DNA of 64,000 bases from Gordius albopunctatus (lineage: Eukaryota). The translations under genes and the position numbers were made by a program. The DNA is taken from positions 18,414,001-18,478,000 of the forward strand of contig OZ193909.1 in assembly GCA_964276515.1 (NCBI GenBank), read 5' to 3'. Position 1 is the stretch's first letter; each line of letters starts with the position of its first letter. The notes under the pieces are model-generated. The model made no database searches. It had not been told where the DNA came from and saw only the letters and a program-made list of their open reading frames with translations. Shown here in pieces: positions 12,354 to 25,536 of the stretch.

Positions 12354-12982
12354 TGGTAGAATGCAAATGATAGGGATTATTTCCTTAGGAAAATTTTGAT
12401 GGATATTAAAAAAACGAGATATAGAAAATTGGTAGTAAAAAAAGTGAAAAATTTTCCTTCAGGTATCAGTAGAAAATTTATTTAGTATACAAAAAATTTT
12501 AGGACACATTAGTAATTATTGATATTATTTTTTATAAAATTAGAAAATAATTAATAACACACGCTTTTACAAATACGTATGTCATAATTTTATGCCCCGC
12601 GGCTAAATCTAATATCAATAACTCTGTACGTGGAAATCATAATAAAATTATTATTGGAATCAAACTTAAACAATAACAGACACGAAGCTTTTCTTCGAAT
12701 TAAAAAATCACGAATTCAAAACAATAATTAGAATTGTTGATTAAAAAACTGATTCTGGTCAGAAAGTAACATTGAATCAACAAATTAAAAAACGTAATGA
12801 TGGGGGGGGGGCGATATGCTTGAAGTGTTTGCTAAATCTCATCATATTTAACCCTCTAATCGTTTTGGGGTATAATTAATTGATAACTAATAAGCAATTT
12901 ATACAATTTGATTAATTACTGATGTATTCGATAACTTTAAAGCGGAGTGTGGGATGTGGGAACAAAATATAATATGAACTTA

Positions 12983-13071
12983 TAGTGTTAGTCGAGTAAA
13001 CATAAAAAGCCAAAGGGTTTTGGTCTAGTTTCTTAGAATCAATCAGCAAACCAGTTCCTTTTACAACACTA
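12983..13071. mobile_element. Short TAGTGTTGTAAAA-type MITE remnant
   Basis: Starts TAGTGTT and ends TTTTACAACACTA. Related to copies at about 36810-36891, 42548-42632 and 53829-53987. Confidence 0.55.
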
Positions 13072-14149
13072 TTGCATAGCAATTAAAACTAAAAACTTGC
13101 CCTTTTCCCAACACTGGACAACTTGTTTTTACTATATCATGTTAAAAGCTAAGCACGGCTAAAAATAATAATGGTATTATCGGCGAAAAAACTCATGAGG
13201 TATTAACCTACAAAATTAACCCTGTTTGCTAAACTTTTTCCTAAATTACCATTCACACGCTATTAAGTACGCTAAAATGGTCTTTTTTTTTAATAGTTTC
13301 TCGAAATTATGTATCTAGTAGGTATAATGACTAATTTTATTTTTTTATAGCTACTTCAAGAATATAAACTCCGAGTCGAGTAAGTTGCTTTATAAAGATG
13401 ATTCTATAAATTTGTTCAGGACTCTTGGAAAGAAGAGTTGTAAAAATAGTGAGAGCCCGAGGTAAAACAAATATAATTTTAGTCACGAGGAGCCGTTGTG
13501 ATTTATTAGGACTTTGCAATTACATAGACATGTGATGCGTTATTGTCAAACAAGGCTAGACATTAGGATAAAGTCGACAGTTGAATTTAGAGACTAACAC
13601 GCCGCGGGCTATTGATCATAAAATCTCTAGCCATATATCACTATGTAGCCCCTGTTAATCATAATATACTTTGATTTTAATCATAAAAGTATCAAAACTT
13701 ATTACTTTTGGTAAGATTCTTGATTTATTAAAATATCTAAAACAAATTTTATTTTGCCTGAGAGCTATGTAAATTAATTATTTCTCGATATGTGTGATTC
13801 ACTGACTCAATGTTGAATTTATTTAGCCCTTAGGTTTATTTATTTAAAGTATGTAAATTTTAGCCCTGCTATAAATATTTTATATTTGCCTTATTTGTCG
13901 TTTTAAATAATAAAACTTATCAGATTTTATGTCTTTAAAAGCGAAATTTAATTTTAAATAGCTCATGTTTTCAGGGAATTTTACTCAAACTATTATGTTT
14001 TTCCTTTAAATATTTAATTATGGCTGATAATAAAGAAGATTGATAGTAAAATTTTTACTTTAACTAAGATGCAATAAATTTGATAGTTGAACTTGACAAA
14101 GGTAGAAGCCGCCTAACATTAAATTTTAATATATACTAGATATCAAGGA

Positions 14150-14892
14150 TTCAGAGGAATGTATGATCGAGGTCTTAACTACATATCGCAAAACCGAACA
14201 TAGAGCAACTGGGAGGTCACCAGCCAAAATTATGCTCGGTAGACAAAACCGAACCCTGTTGGATTGGACTAGACCAAACCGTAGAACTAATCTAGAAATC
14301 AATAGAGAAAAGCAAGATTGTTATCACGACAAGGGTTTAAGTTCACGAGAATTTTCAAATAACCAGCCAGTGTGGGTAAAAAACGAAATTAGACCTGGTT
14401 GGAGGGAAGGCACGGTATTACAATGAAATGGAATATGGTCATATATAGTGGAAAGTCAAGGAAAACAAATAAGGAAGCACGTGGATCAATTAAGAAAAAG
14501 AATTACCAGCTTTCACTCAGAGGAGACATTAAATATACCAAATTAGGATATACAAGTTCAAGACTCATTTATTGTGGAAGAGGAGGGTGAAGAAAACGTT
14601 AGAAATAGGACAAAAAAATCAAAAGAAGTTGATCGCAAGGTAGAGAGCTCGTCCGTCGCAGGACGTTTTGAATATACCAGAAGAGATTCAAATACAGCAG
14701 AAAAAAGAAAGCAGATTACGCAGGGCATCGCTTAGATTATTCGAGGAAATGTAATGTCTGTCAACGAAAGGGGGGCAAATATGGTATTATTATTGTAATG
14801 TATTGTACCGCGTTTGATAGAAGAACATGTGTCATTTTTGAATAATAAAAACTAATCCTAATTACAGCTCTTTGTTTTCGGTAAAATTTACA
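14150..14892 (+). mobile_element. Gypsy LTR retrotransposon 3' fragment (integrase C-terminus, PPT, short LTR)
   Basis: ORF 14163-14426 reads LTTYRKTEHRATGRSPAKIMLGR..RTLLD..QPVWVKN..W..G. Purine tract GAAAGGGGGGCAAA at about 14766-14779 is followed by an LTR-like segment containing AATAAA and ending TTTACA. Confidence 0.7.
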
Positions 14893-15059
14893 AAAGAACG
14901 ACAATATATATATCTAACAACTTATGTCTTAAATGCAGTTTATAAGTGTCGCTTTTCATATTCAAATAATTGGTTGAGCTGATATGATATGATTTTAACT
15001 TTTATTATAATTTTTGATAAACCTTAAGGTTTGTTTTTAAATTAAGAGTCGGGATATGT

Positions 15060-15580
15060 AATAAGTTATAATTTAACCTACGACGGTGGCAGGTCTGTGT
15101 GCAAAATGTGGAAGGTTGGCATCAGGTCGGAAACCGGCTTTAAAAACCCTCTGAAAACTTTATAACAGAAAGTTAGGGCGTCCTCCACAACTGACGCGCA
15201 CTGCATCCCCCGCCGTACAATGTGAAAAATAGTCTAGGGTACTGCCTGACTCACAAAGAAGACAGTTAAAAAAAATAGTTGTGGAAATGAATGCGCAAAC
15301 ATGCTGTGTGGGCACATTGACTGGAAAGAGATTCGAGGTCGCAAAAGGTACACAGCGCCTGCCTGCTAGAGACCAAGTGGAACGGAATTAAAGCTCGGGT
15401 GTTATCAGAGGGATACAAGCTATTATACAGTGGGTCACCAAATCGTAGAAATGGGCTCGGTATAGTTCTAATCGAATCGCTTAAGGAAAAGGTGGTGGAA
15501 GTCAAGTGTTGTCCATATAGATTAATATGAGAGGTGATTGCAGATCAAGGGGGACTAACCGTAATGTGTGCATATGCTCA
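15060..15580 (+). mobile_element. RTE-clade LINE 5' fragment (APE endonuclease), degenerate
   Basis: Translation of about 15310-15580 gives GTLTGK..ETKWNGIKARVLSEGYKLLYSGSPNRRNGLGIVL..VMCAYA, typical of RTE endonucleases. The left boundary is approximate. Confidence 0.75.
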
Positions 15581-15584
15581 CTAA

Positions 15585-16240
15585 TTTTTTTCCTATAGGT
15601 GTTTGTCACATTTAGTGGTCAGCTCCTTCAAGTAGGTTCTCCATGTATTCCTGCACCTACAGCAGCTTCGCTTTAGCTCGTACCTTCTCAAGTCCATATC
15701 TATTTTATGCTTCCATGTCAGTTTAGACCTCCCTCTCTTTCGCTTACCTTCGACTTGCAATTTCTTGATACGATTTGCCAAATGACTTTCCTCCCGTCTC
15801 TCCAAATGGCCGTACCATCTCAATCTTATTACCACCAACTTTCTCTGAATCGGAACTACATTTAGTTTATCCCTTATGTCTTGATTCCTTATATGGTCCT
15901 TTTTGCTTATTGTCAAGATCCATATTAACATTCGCATCTCCATTGTAGCCAAGCTTTGCTCCTCTTTTGCCTTAATTACCCAGGTTTCCGCTCCATACAA
16001 TACCATGGGTACAATAACGGTGTTATATAACCGTCCTTTCAATTTGAGTGGTGTGTGCTTGTCAGTAAGAAAACCACTCAATTCCCTGAATTTTAGCCAG
16101 CCTGCGTTTATTCTTGCCTTAATTTCGTTTTCATCACCTCCATCACATTGTAACCTAGAACCAAGATATTTGAATTCTTTCCTGCTGCTTAAACACCAGT
16201 CATCGATTTGCAGGTGTATTTCTTTGTATTCATTTCCCGA
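15585..16240 (-). mobile_element. RTE-clade LINE 3' fragment (RT C-terminus, short poly(A))
   Basis: ORF 15593-16363 contains EFKYLGS, EIKARINAGWLKF, LYGAETW and RLRWYGHLERR..EGKRKRGR. A T7 tract lies at 15585-15591. Confidence 0.85.
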
Positions 16241-19200
16241 ATCCAAGCATACAATTTCCTCGCTAACCTGATACGCGTGTTCGGTCGGTTTCCTAGACAA
16301 GAAATCTGCCGCGTTTTCGGATCCCTTGTTGTACTCAAACTTGGTCGTGTAGCCTGATACCATGAGCGCTCACCTAGTTAGACGAGGTGACCATTGTTCC
16401 TTGCCCTTTTTGCTCTGATCAAATATATATACTAGCGGTCTATGATCCGTCATAATAGTAACGCTTCGTCCTTGTATATATTCATTGAACTTTTTTAGTC
16501 CATACACCACCGCTAGGGCCTCTCGTTCGATCGTCGAATACCGGCTTTCGCTATCGTTTAACGCCCTTGACGCATAGGCCACCACCCTCTAATTCTCTGC
16601 TGGTGCTCGTTGCTGTAAGATGGCCCCTAACCCTGTACCCGAGGCGTCTACGACCAGGCCAGTCTCCCAATCTCCATTAAAGTACGCCACTACGGGCTTT
16701 CGCAAGCGCGGACTTGATAGCTTCAAATGCGCCTTGTTGTTCTCCACCCCAGTGGTACACCACATTATTTTCCATTAGTTTCTGAATCGGGTCCACGATT
16801 TTGGCGTAGTCCTTAATGAACTTTGAAAAATATGCTGTTAACCCCAGGAAGGATTTTATTTTTGTTTGTTAAATTTTTCCACTGCTTGATTATTTCGGCT
16901 TTATTGTCGTTGATTTGAATCCCCTTTTTACTTATTACGTATCCTAAAAAGGTTACTTCCTTCGCCCACAAGATGCTCTTGGCAATGTTTGGCACGAACC
17001 CCCACTTTTGTAACGTTTCTAGTACTTTGAGTAACCGCTCGTTGTGAATTTCTTCCGTTTCCCCTGCGATTAGTATGTCGTCGATGTATACCGCTACCCC
17101 CTCCATGCCTCCTAATATTTGGTCCATTGCTTTTTGGAAAATAGTCGCGGCACAATTTAAGCCAAACGGCATCCGGTTAACTTTAAATAAGCCATTACGC
17201 TTTCGTAAGGTCCAGCTTCGTAAAATAACACGCGTTGTCGAGTTTATTTAACAAATCATCGATTTTGGGTAAGGGGTACAGCAACCCTTGTGCGTATTTA
17301 TTTATCGTAAACTGGTAGTCTATACATAATCGCAGAATCCCATCGCTTTTTTTCACGGGTACCACTGGACTGGCCCATCTTGAGAAATCGATTGGTTCTC
17401 TAGAAACAGTTGGTTAACATTAACCTCAGATGCTTCGAACATAGCAGTTGGGGGAGTTTTGCATCAGGTAAGCAATCATAAACAAGAACCATTAATTACT
17501 AGCTATTTTTTTGGCGATTAAACATTTCAAACACATACTAGAGGGACGCAATTTTACTATATTTACGGATCATAAACCTTTAATTTATTCTTTCCAGGCA
17601 AAAATTGATCGTTATTCACCCAGAGAAATCCGACATTTAGATTATGTCTCTCAATTCAGCACTGACATTCGCTTTATAAAAGGTAATAGTAATATTACAG
17701 CGGACACACTATCTCGATCAGACATAACTTCTTTAACTTTACCTATTTGTTCGAATGAGATTCAAATAGTCTTGAACCAAATGAATGATACTGAGTTATT
17801 GCTCAACACTAAATCTTTACGTCTCGTAAAATTAAAAAGCCCTGGTTGTCAAGAAGACATTCTTTGCGACATATCAACAGGTTCACCTCGACCACTTATA
17901 ACAACAAAACTAAGAAAGTATTTCTTCGATCACTTTCACTCTCTTTCACATCCCGGGATTCGAGTAACTCAAAGACTAATTACTCGCAGCTTTGTGTGGC
18001 CCTCGATGAATAAAGATATTCGGAATCGGACAAAAGAATGCATAAAATGTCAAAAGTCTAAAGTGAACAAACACACAATTACTTCACGTGGCACTTTTGA
18101 CGACACCGACGAAAGGTTCAGTCACGTACATTTGGATGTGGTAGGCCCTTTGCCACCTTCATCTCACTACACCCATATTTTTACAGCCATCGATCGCTTT
18201 ACGAGATGGCCAATCGCAATACCAATCAACGATATATCAGCGGAAAATTTAGCAAGAATATTTATTCAACACTGGATTGCCAACTTTGGTGTCCCAAAGA
18301 TCATAAATACTGATAGAGGTGCTCAATTTACATCCTGTTTATTTCGAAAATTATCATCCACATTAGGATTTGACCATATCAAAAATACAGCCTATCATCC
18401 GTGTTATAATGGTTTAGTTGAGCGCTTTCATAGGCAATTAAAAGCTTCCATCATGACACAAGAAGATACGACAAATTGGAGTGAAACACTACCATTAATT
18501 CTTCTCATCATTAGGTCGACAATCAAAGAAGATATCGGATACACCCCTTCGGAAATGGTTTATGGGACGACGTTAAGGCTACCAGGGGAATATTTTCAAA
18601 AATCGTTCATAGACTCATCAAAACCAGGTTATGTAATTAGACTTAAAGAAATAATGCAAAATCTAAAATTTTGCCCTACCAGAAGACATGATAAGAAGGA
18701 ATATATCCCTAACAATCTAAAAACATCAGATTATGTTTTTGTGCGCAATGACACGGTCAGAAAATCTTTACAACCCCCATATGATGGACTCTTTAAAGTA
18801 CTAAAAAGGAGAAAGAAATTTTTCATAGTGTAAAAGGGTAATAAAGAGGAAACCATATCACTTGACAGGCTTAAACCAGCATGGATCGAAACAAAAGAAG
18901 ATTATAGTAACACTTTACCTGTTCAACAACAAATTTCTAGATATGGAAGAACTATAACTATTCCACAAAATTTTTCTTATAAATTATAATGTATATATAT
19001 ATATATTTTTAAGAGGGGGAGTATCTGTAGGGAAACAAATTACACTTACCTTGGAAAGATTTGGTTGTAATACGTACAAGGTGAAAATAGAAATACACAC
19101 AATCTATCGCTATATAAACTCACTCTTTTATAAGTTTCGTATCATTGTTCTTTTATCGTGTAATAAATTATATTCCTCCTCTCTCACTAAAGTTCTATCA

Positions 19201-20575
19201 CCCCGTCTCTGACCCATTTATTTGCTCTTCTTCTACTTCTTTCTTCCACGCCATCGGCACCCTTCGAGCGGGTATAAATACGGGATCTATGCCCTCTTTT
19301 AACGGTACTTCCACCGTTATTCCCTTGACTGCTTGCAGAATTCGTTTCGCTGGCCATCCCATTGCTTCATCACGTGCTGGATCGCGGTCTTGGTATCCTT
19401 CGGTCTTTCTACATAATTGACCGGGAACCGTTCCGCCGCAGCTCTCGAGTTCCAACGTATTTGACGTCAGATTTCGGGCTCAAATTCTTGTATCCAATCG
19501 ATCCCGCATAGCGGCGGCCCCCTACGTCTGCTAGCAATAAAGACAGCTGTTTCCTCGTGTTCCCCAATCGGACATCGGCTTGTACCTTGGCTACGATCTT
19601 TATTTCCCCGTGGCCGTACGCGTACACCGTCGGGACGGCATCTTTGTTGCGTGTGATCTCCTTCGACCATCTTCGCGCCGGTAATATCGAAACCGTAGCG
19701 CCGGTATCGAAGATAAATTGGAACAAGTCGTTATTAATATATATACCAACTGTTAACACATCTAAAGCATGGTTTAACCTGGGAATCCGGACCGGCCCAG
19801 GCCACGCTTCTCGTCTCGCCACTTCGCTCCACGCCTCTTCGGACCAGTCCTGTAAGGTGCTTAGCCCTTCATTTATCGTCTCGGCCGTTAATGCCAGCTC
19901 TCGTAGGCGGTCCCATTTGATGTCATTTTCTGCCAACAGTCTTGCCTGTAGTCTTCTATCGCGCAATCCTATAATGAATTGGTCAACGATTCTGTTCTGC
20001 ATTTCTTCGTTTCCGAAGTTGCAGCTGTTAGCCCCGGCCTTGAGTCTATTAGCGTACGCGTCTATCGTATCTCCCTGGCCTTGTCGAACCTTTGAGAATT
20101 CGTACCTCTTTGCCCTCGCACATGAATTTCTCTGGAATAATTTCCTTAACCCATTTTTCGCTTCTTCGTATGTAATTCCTGTCAACTCTTGTGGTCTATA
20201 ATCCTCTGGTATTAATTGGAATGCATCCCCCTCGAGGCTGGTTAATAATAGCGCGGCTTTTTGCTCATCTGTCTCCGTCATATTGTTCCTAAGGAATAAC
20301 TCAAATTGAGTTATGAAAGCGTCGATGTTAGCCGTTGTTTTATATTTCTGCATCTCCGCCCAGGTTTCGCCACGATGCGCCACTGTTAAGGGCTTGATAT
20401 TTATTCACATAAACTATTAGGACTGGGATACAATAATCTAAAAGTGACCCTCACCGTATATAACAATCGCATATATAAGTTACAACCAATTAACGATAAT
20501 TTGATCGCCAACACGCAGGTAAATAACGTATTTTCGGAGGCACTTCGCACTCCTATTACCTCTCTACAGATTACA
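16240..20575 (-). mobile_element. Gypsy element A (Mag-like): 5' LTR, PBS, gag, protease, RT, RNase H; 3'-truncated and interrupted
   Basis: LTR 20384-20575 (TGTAAT..TTAACA on -). PBS TGGCGCATCG at 20382-20373. Gag from ATG 20353 (RIVDQFIIGL), protease FDTGA, RT WASPVVPVKK / MPFGL / YIDDIL, and RNase H VAYASR..YSTIEREALA..TDHRPL and ADFLSR. Confidence 0.9.
17400..19191 (+). mobile_element. Gypsy element B (CsRn1-like) fragment: RNase H, integrase, PPT and 3' LTR, inserted in element A
   Basis: ORF 17511-18833 has TDHKPL, ADTLSR, an HHCC zinc finger, HLDVVGPLP, TDRGAQF and NGLVERFH. PPT AAGAGGGGGAG at 19011-19021. LTR 19026-19191. Flanked by GTTCT at 17395-17399 and 19192-19196. Confidence 0.9.
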
Positions 20576-21246
20576 TCAAGGATCTGCTCTAAGTCCCTTT
20601 TTATTCAATATATACCTAATTATAGACACGATAACGAGGGACATCCATCTCCTTGGTGTATGCTTTATGTCAATGATTTATTAATATGCGAAAATACAAA
20701 GAATAAAGTATTATAGGGGGATCAAAGCGCTTAGCTAAATAGGTTCAAAGTTTAACGATCGAAAACGGTATTCATGAAAATGAAACCCCATTAGATGACT
20801 TATATATCCAAAACTAAACATGTGTAAATACCTCAACTTACATAAAAAGGAAGGTTGCACAAAAGAAGTATATTTGGTGTAATGTGCAACAAAAAAGGTT
20901 AATATGGTTGAAGTTCAAAGCTTAAAAATCAATCGTAAGACCGGTCTTGCGTGATGGAATTGAAATATGTGCATTAAAAGTCCCGGGATAAAATTTATTA
21001 CAGGCCACGGAGATAAGAAGGATGCGGTGAAGCTTAGGGTATACTAAGCTCGACCATACAACAAATGACAGTCTTAGTACAAAAATGGGTATTTACTATT
21101 TAACGTATGGAGGACTTGATTAACGAATAATATGATAAGGTGGTATGGTCATATAGTAATAAGGGAGGCAAATGATCAAAATCGAAATATATTGAACATG
21201 GAGGTGCCGAGGAAGGTAGGAAGAGGACGATCACGCGGAAAGAGTA
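20576..21246 (+). mobile_element. RTE-clade LINE RT region, degenerate
   Basis: Translation gives QGSALSPFLF, PWCMLYVND, RRMR and RWYGHI..GRGR, with frameshifts. Confidence 0.75.
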
Positions 21247-24200
21247 TATCGGGAAGTATATACCAGAAGGATAAAGTAATAATTACTTTATTATATATCC
21301 AATTAAAGTAAATCGTTTGCGAGAAAAGTAAGTGAGTAAGAAGTGTTTTAAGCTCATTTATATACTCGTGAATTAATTGAATAAATCAATTAAGTTTAGT
21401 GGTGCCTCCGCGAGGTATAAATAAATCAATTACGCGAGGTATATATAAATCAATTACATTTAGTGGTGAATCCGCGAGGTATACCTGATTAGTCAATTAA
21501 CGTCGCGAAGTAGTAAGGTAAAGTAAATGTATCAATTAAGTTCCAAATCAATTAAGACAATAGACGCAACAAATATTCCGCTGGGTAAAAACGGAGTTCA
21601 TATAAAATTAACAAACTTTTTGTGCCAATGAACTTGTCGACCAGACTTGGTAATGGTTGGGTTGTGAAGTGGTACGCTAGGTTTTGTGGAAGGTTTTGTA
21701 GAAGAAACAATGGTAGGTTGGTTTAAATTTTTGGTCGGTGAGTGATTGTTTGGTTTGGGTGAATTTGGGTCAACTGATGCATTCGGGTTATCAACCTTAG
21801 GCTCGAGGAAAGCTGGCTCTAATCGATCGATCGAAAAAGTGTCTTTCCTTCCATTGTGGTCTATGATAAAAAATGTTTTTCAATCACTTTGAAAGGTTCT
21901 TCATAGGGGGGAACCAAGGCTTTGCGTAGCCGATCAGTCCTTATAAAAACATGAGTTGATGTAAATAAAATTTCGGACATTTGTTGTTTGATGTTCGATG
22001 GCCTGGGAGGTGTAAATCGTACATCCTCGAACTGCTATCTAAGGCGTTGGATGTAATCGGCGGCGTTTATGTCGCAATCCGACGGTTGTAAAAAATCTTA
22101 ATTGTGTTGCGAATCCCTAAGAGTACAAGGGGAATAAGTTCGGACCAACGAGTAACGTCACCGTTTGTCATGATTGAACTTTTGAGCTGTCGGTGAAATC
22201 GCTCTACCATCCCATTGGCTTGTGGATGGTAAGCTGTCGTAGTGATATGATGATACTCTAATAAAAATAGATAATTGTTTACAGATTGGAATTGCGGTCC
22301 CTGGTTCGTGGTTAATGTCGCCGGAACATCAGAGTTCGCTATCCAGTGTGTCAAAAATGCGCGTGCAACGGTTTCGGCTGTTGCGTCAATAATGGGAATC
22401 GCCATCGGCCATCGGGTGAAACGATCAACGGCAGTAAAAATATAAATGTGGCCGTTAGAAGATGGTAAGGGTCCGACGAGATCTGCATGTACGTGGCTAA
22501 ACCTTGCGTCTGGTTAAGCGAACGTGCCTGTGGTTGATATTACGTGTCTATTTACCTTGCATTTTTGACACGCAATGCATTGCTTTGTCCAAGCGCGTAC
22601 ATCTTTCTTCATTCGCGGCCAGACGAAACGTTGGGCAATTAGTTTAAGTGTTGGGCGTAAGGCTGGGTGAGAAAAACCATTTAGTTGATTAAAAACTATG
22701 CGTCGGAGCGTCCTAGGTACTAAAGGTCTCAAAGTCGATGTGGATGTATCGCACGTAATAGTTAAATTTGTACCTGGAATTACGCGTTGTTCCAGTTTAG
22801 GACTTTCGAGCTCTTCTGGTTGATATTGCTCTTGATTTTGTGTCATAGCAATTCTTTCTGTGAGTGATGTGTTCGGTTGTTGAATGGAGTTTGGTTGTTG
22901 TATGGAATCGATATCGATTCGGGACAAAGTGTCTGCTACTATATTCGCTTTACTTTTAATAAACTGTATATCTGAAGTAAATTGGGAGATATAGTCTAAT
23001 TGTCGTATTTAGCTGGGCGAGTATTTATCGGATTTAGAAGTAAGAGCATAAGTTAACGGTTTGTGATCAGTAAAACTGTAAAATCGCGACCTGCTAAAAT
23101 ATGTCGGTACTGTTTAATTGAAAGATAAATTGCTAGCAGTTCTCTCCCGAATGTACTGTATCGACTTTGTGTTTTGCTCCATTTCAGGGAGAAAAAGGAT
23201 AAAGGACTAATTTCCCCTTTTACGATCTGATGTAGAACGGCTCCAATGGCAGAGTTTGACGCGTCGGTTGTAATAGAGATGTTGGCACCATTTACTAAAT
23301 GATTAAAGGTCGAGATTTCATCGAGCATTATTTTAATCTTGTGGAATGCGTCGTGTGCGCTCTGCGTCATGTCCAAAGGTTCATTTGCGTCGTTGAGGAG
23401 ATCAGTCAGTGGTTGTAGATGGAGTGGACAGTTGGGTATAAAACGCCTGTAAAAATTTACCATTCCCACGAAACGACGTAGTTGTGTCATAGTGGTCGGG
23501 GTGGCAAAATTCTTGATGGCTGAGATCTTCTCCGGTATTGGCGTTAAACCTTGTGGGGAAACCTGATGTCCTAGGAAATCCAGAGAAGAACGTCCCCATT
23601 GGCACTTGTCCAGGTTGATCTTTATATCAAAATCTCTTAATCGTGTAAAAACTTGACGTAAGTGGTCTAAATGTTCACTAGTTAATGTACTTGCGATCAA
23701 AATATCGTCCAAATAAGCGAAGGAGAAATTGAGACCACGGAGAGCTTGGTCAATGAAGAGTTAGAATGTTTGAGCAGTATTTCGTAAATCAAAAGGCATT
23801 CGCAAAAATTCATAAAGACCGAAAGGTGTGGTTATTGCAGTCTCTGCGATGTCCTCCAAGGCTACGGGTATTTGATGGTAAGCTCTGACTAGTTCTATTT
23901 TTGTATAGATGGTTGTGCCGGCTAGGTTGAGTGAGAAATCGTGCAGGTGTGGCAATGGGTAACGATCCGGTATCGTTATAACGTTAAGGGCTCGGTAATC
24001 TCCACACGGTCGCCAATCTCCGGGTGTTTTTTTCGGAACCATGTGCAATGGAGAACTCCAGGAGCTTTCTGAGGGTTGAATTATGCCGAGTTCGAGCATG
24101 TGAGTAAACTCCTGTTTGGCAATTTTTAGCTTGACAGGGTCTAAGTGTCTAGGTCTGGCATAAACGGGTGGTCCTAGTGTACGTATGTGGTGGACTACTT

Positions 24201-25536
24201 GGTGACTTACGCGTGACCTGTAATTTGGACGGACATAAATCTCGGGGAACTCTTTAAAAACATTTTTAAAATACGGTGAATTGATCTTTATTGCGAGTTG
24301 TTGTGGTGGACTACTTGGTGACTTACGCGTAACCTGTAATTAGGACGGACATAAATCTCGGGGAACTCTTTAAAAACATTTTTAAAATACGGTAAATTGA
24401 TCTTTATTGCGAGTTGTAAATTGTACAAGTTCGAATCAATATATCGCCCATAAGACTTTAAAGTAGTCTTAGGGTCTAACAAACATTTGCAGCGTATATT
24501 ACCGAGGAGGTTATAATGATTTAAAAAATCAGACACGATGATCGGTGTCTTAACGTCGGCGATGATAAAAACCCATTGAAAACTTCTCCGTAAGCTAAGG
24601 TCCAGTTCCATTGATTTCTGGCCATAGGTCAGTATGGAACTATTGTTTGCAGCTTTGAGGCGGATGTGTGAGGGGGTGGGATGGTGGTTACGTGGGGGTG
24701 GTATGACACTTAGTTCCGTGCCAGTATCTATTAAAAAACTAAATTTGGTTGATTTATCGTAAATAAAAAATAAGCGACTGATGTTATGGCCTGAACCAGG
24801 TGTCGCGGATTCTGGCAGGCCTATGGGTTCGACGAATAAAGCGGGGTATAATTGCAAGGTTGTGGGCATTTCGTGGCCTTTTCCTTATATCTTTGGTGAT
24901 ACCAACACCAATCCTGGGGAATGTCTGAACGGGGTTGAAATGTGGATTGAAATCGCCTTGCTGTAGACCTACTTCTCGACCGAAAACTATTTTTTTGACT
25001 GACCTCTTGCCGTAATGTCTCGATGCTCACGCTCAGTCTATTGACCATGTCTCTGAACGTCTTAATATCGTTGCTTGATCTCTGTGTAGCAGGGGCGACG
25101 TTGGATATTTGAGGCATATGGTATGTTTCCGCGATTACAAGTTTGCGTATAACAAGGGTTGGGTAAGGGTAGGGTAGAAGGGGGGCGTTTAACAAGGGTG
25201 GGTCACCAATATTGGGAAGTAAATACCAGAAGGATAAAGTAATAATTACTTTATTGTATATCCAATCCAATTAAAGTAAATCTTTTGCGAGAAAAATAAG
25301 TAAGAAGTGTTTTAAACTCCTTTATATACTCGTGAATTAATTGAATAAATCCATTAAGTTTAGTGGTGCCTGCGCGAGTTATAAATAAATCAATTACGCG
25401 AGGTATAAATAAATCAATTACATTTAGTGGTGAATCCGCGAGGTATGCCTGATTGGTCAATTAACGTCGCAAAATAGTAAGGTAATGTAAATGTGTCAAT
25501 TAAGTTCCAAATCAATTAAGGCAATCTCGCGAAACA
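21247..25536 (-). mobile_element. Gypsy element C (CsRn1-like), two LTRs, internally decayed
   Basis: Homologous LTRs at about 21247-21571 and 25210-25536. PBS TGGTGACCC (tRNA-Trp type) at 25208-25200. Gag motif CWYH..C...C, protease [18 protein letters not shown] / YLDD, RNase H TDAS and integrase NGMVERFH. Flanks AGTA/GGTA fit a 4-bp TSD with one mismatch. Confidence 0.9.
24186..24417. repeat. 116-bp tandem duplication within Gypsy C pol
   Basis: 24186-24301 and 24302-24417 are near-identical (TGTGGTGGACTACTTGGTGAC...GCGAGTTGT) with a few substitutions. Confidence 0.95.

Noticed and set aside
13277..13520. Possible small spliced gene on +
   Set aside because: Splice-like signals exist, but the upstream ATG frame hits a stop, the second intron would be only 21 nt, and there is no recognisable homology.
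15060..15290. HDV-like ribozyme at the RTE 5' end
   Set aside because: Such ribozymes are known in some RTE elements, but I could not fit the nested double-pseudoknot pairing by eye; it needs a motif search.
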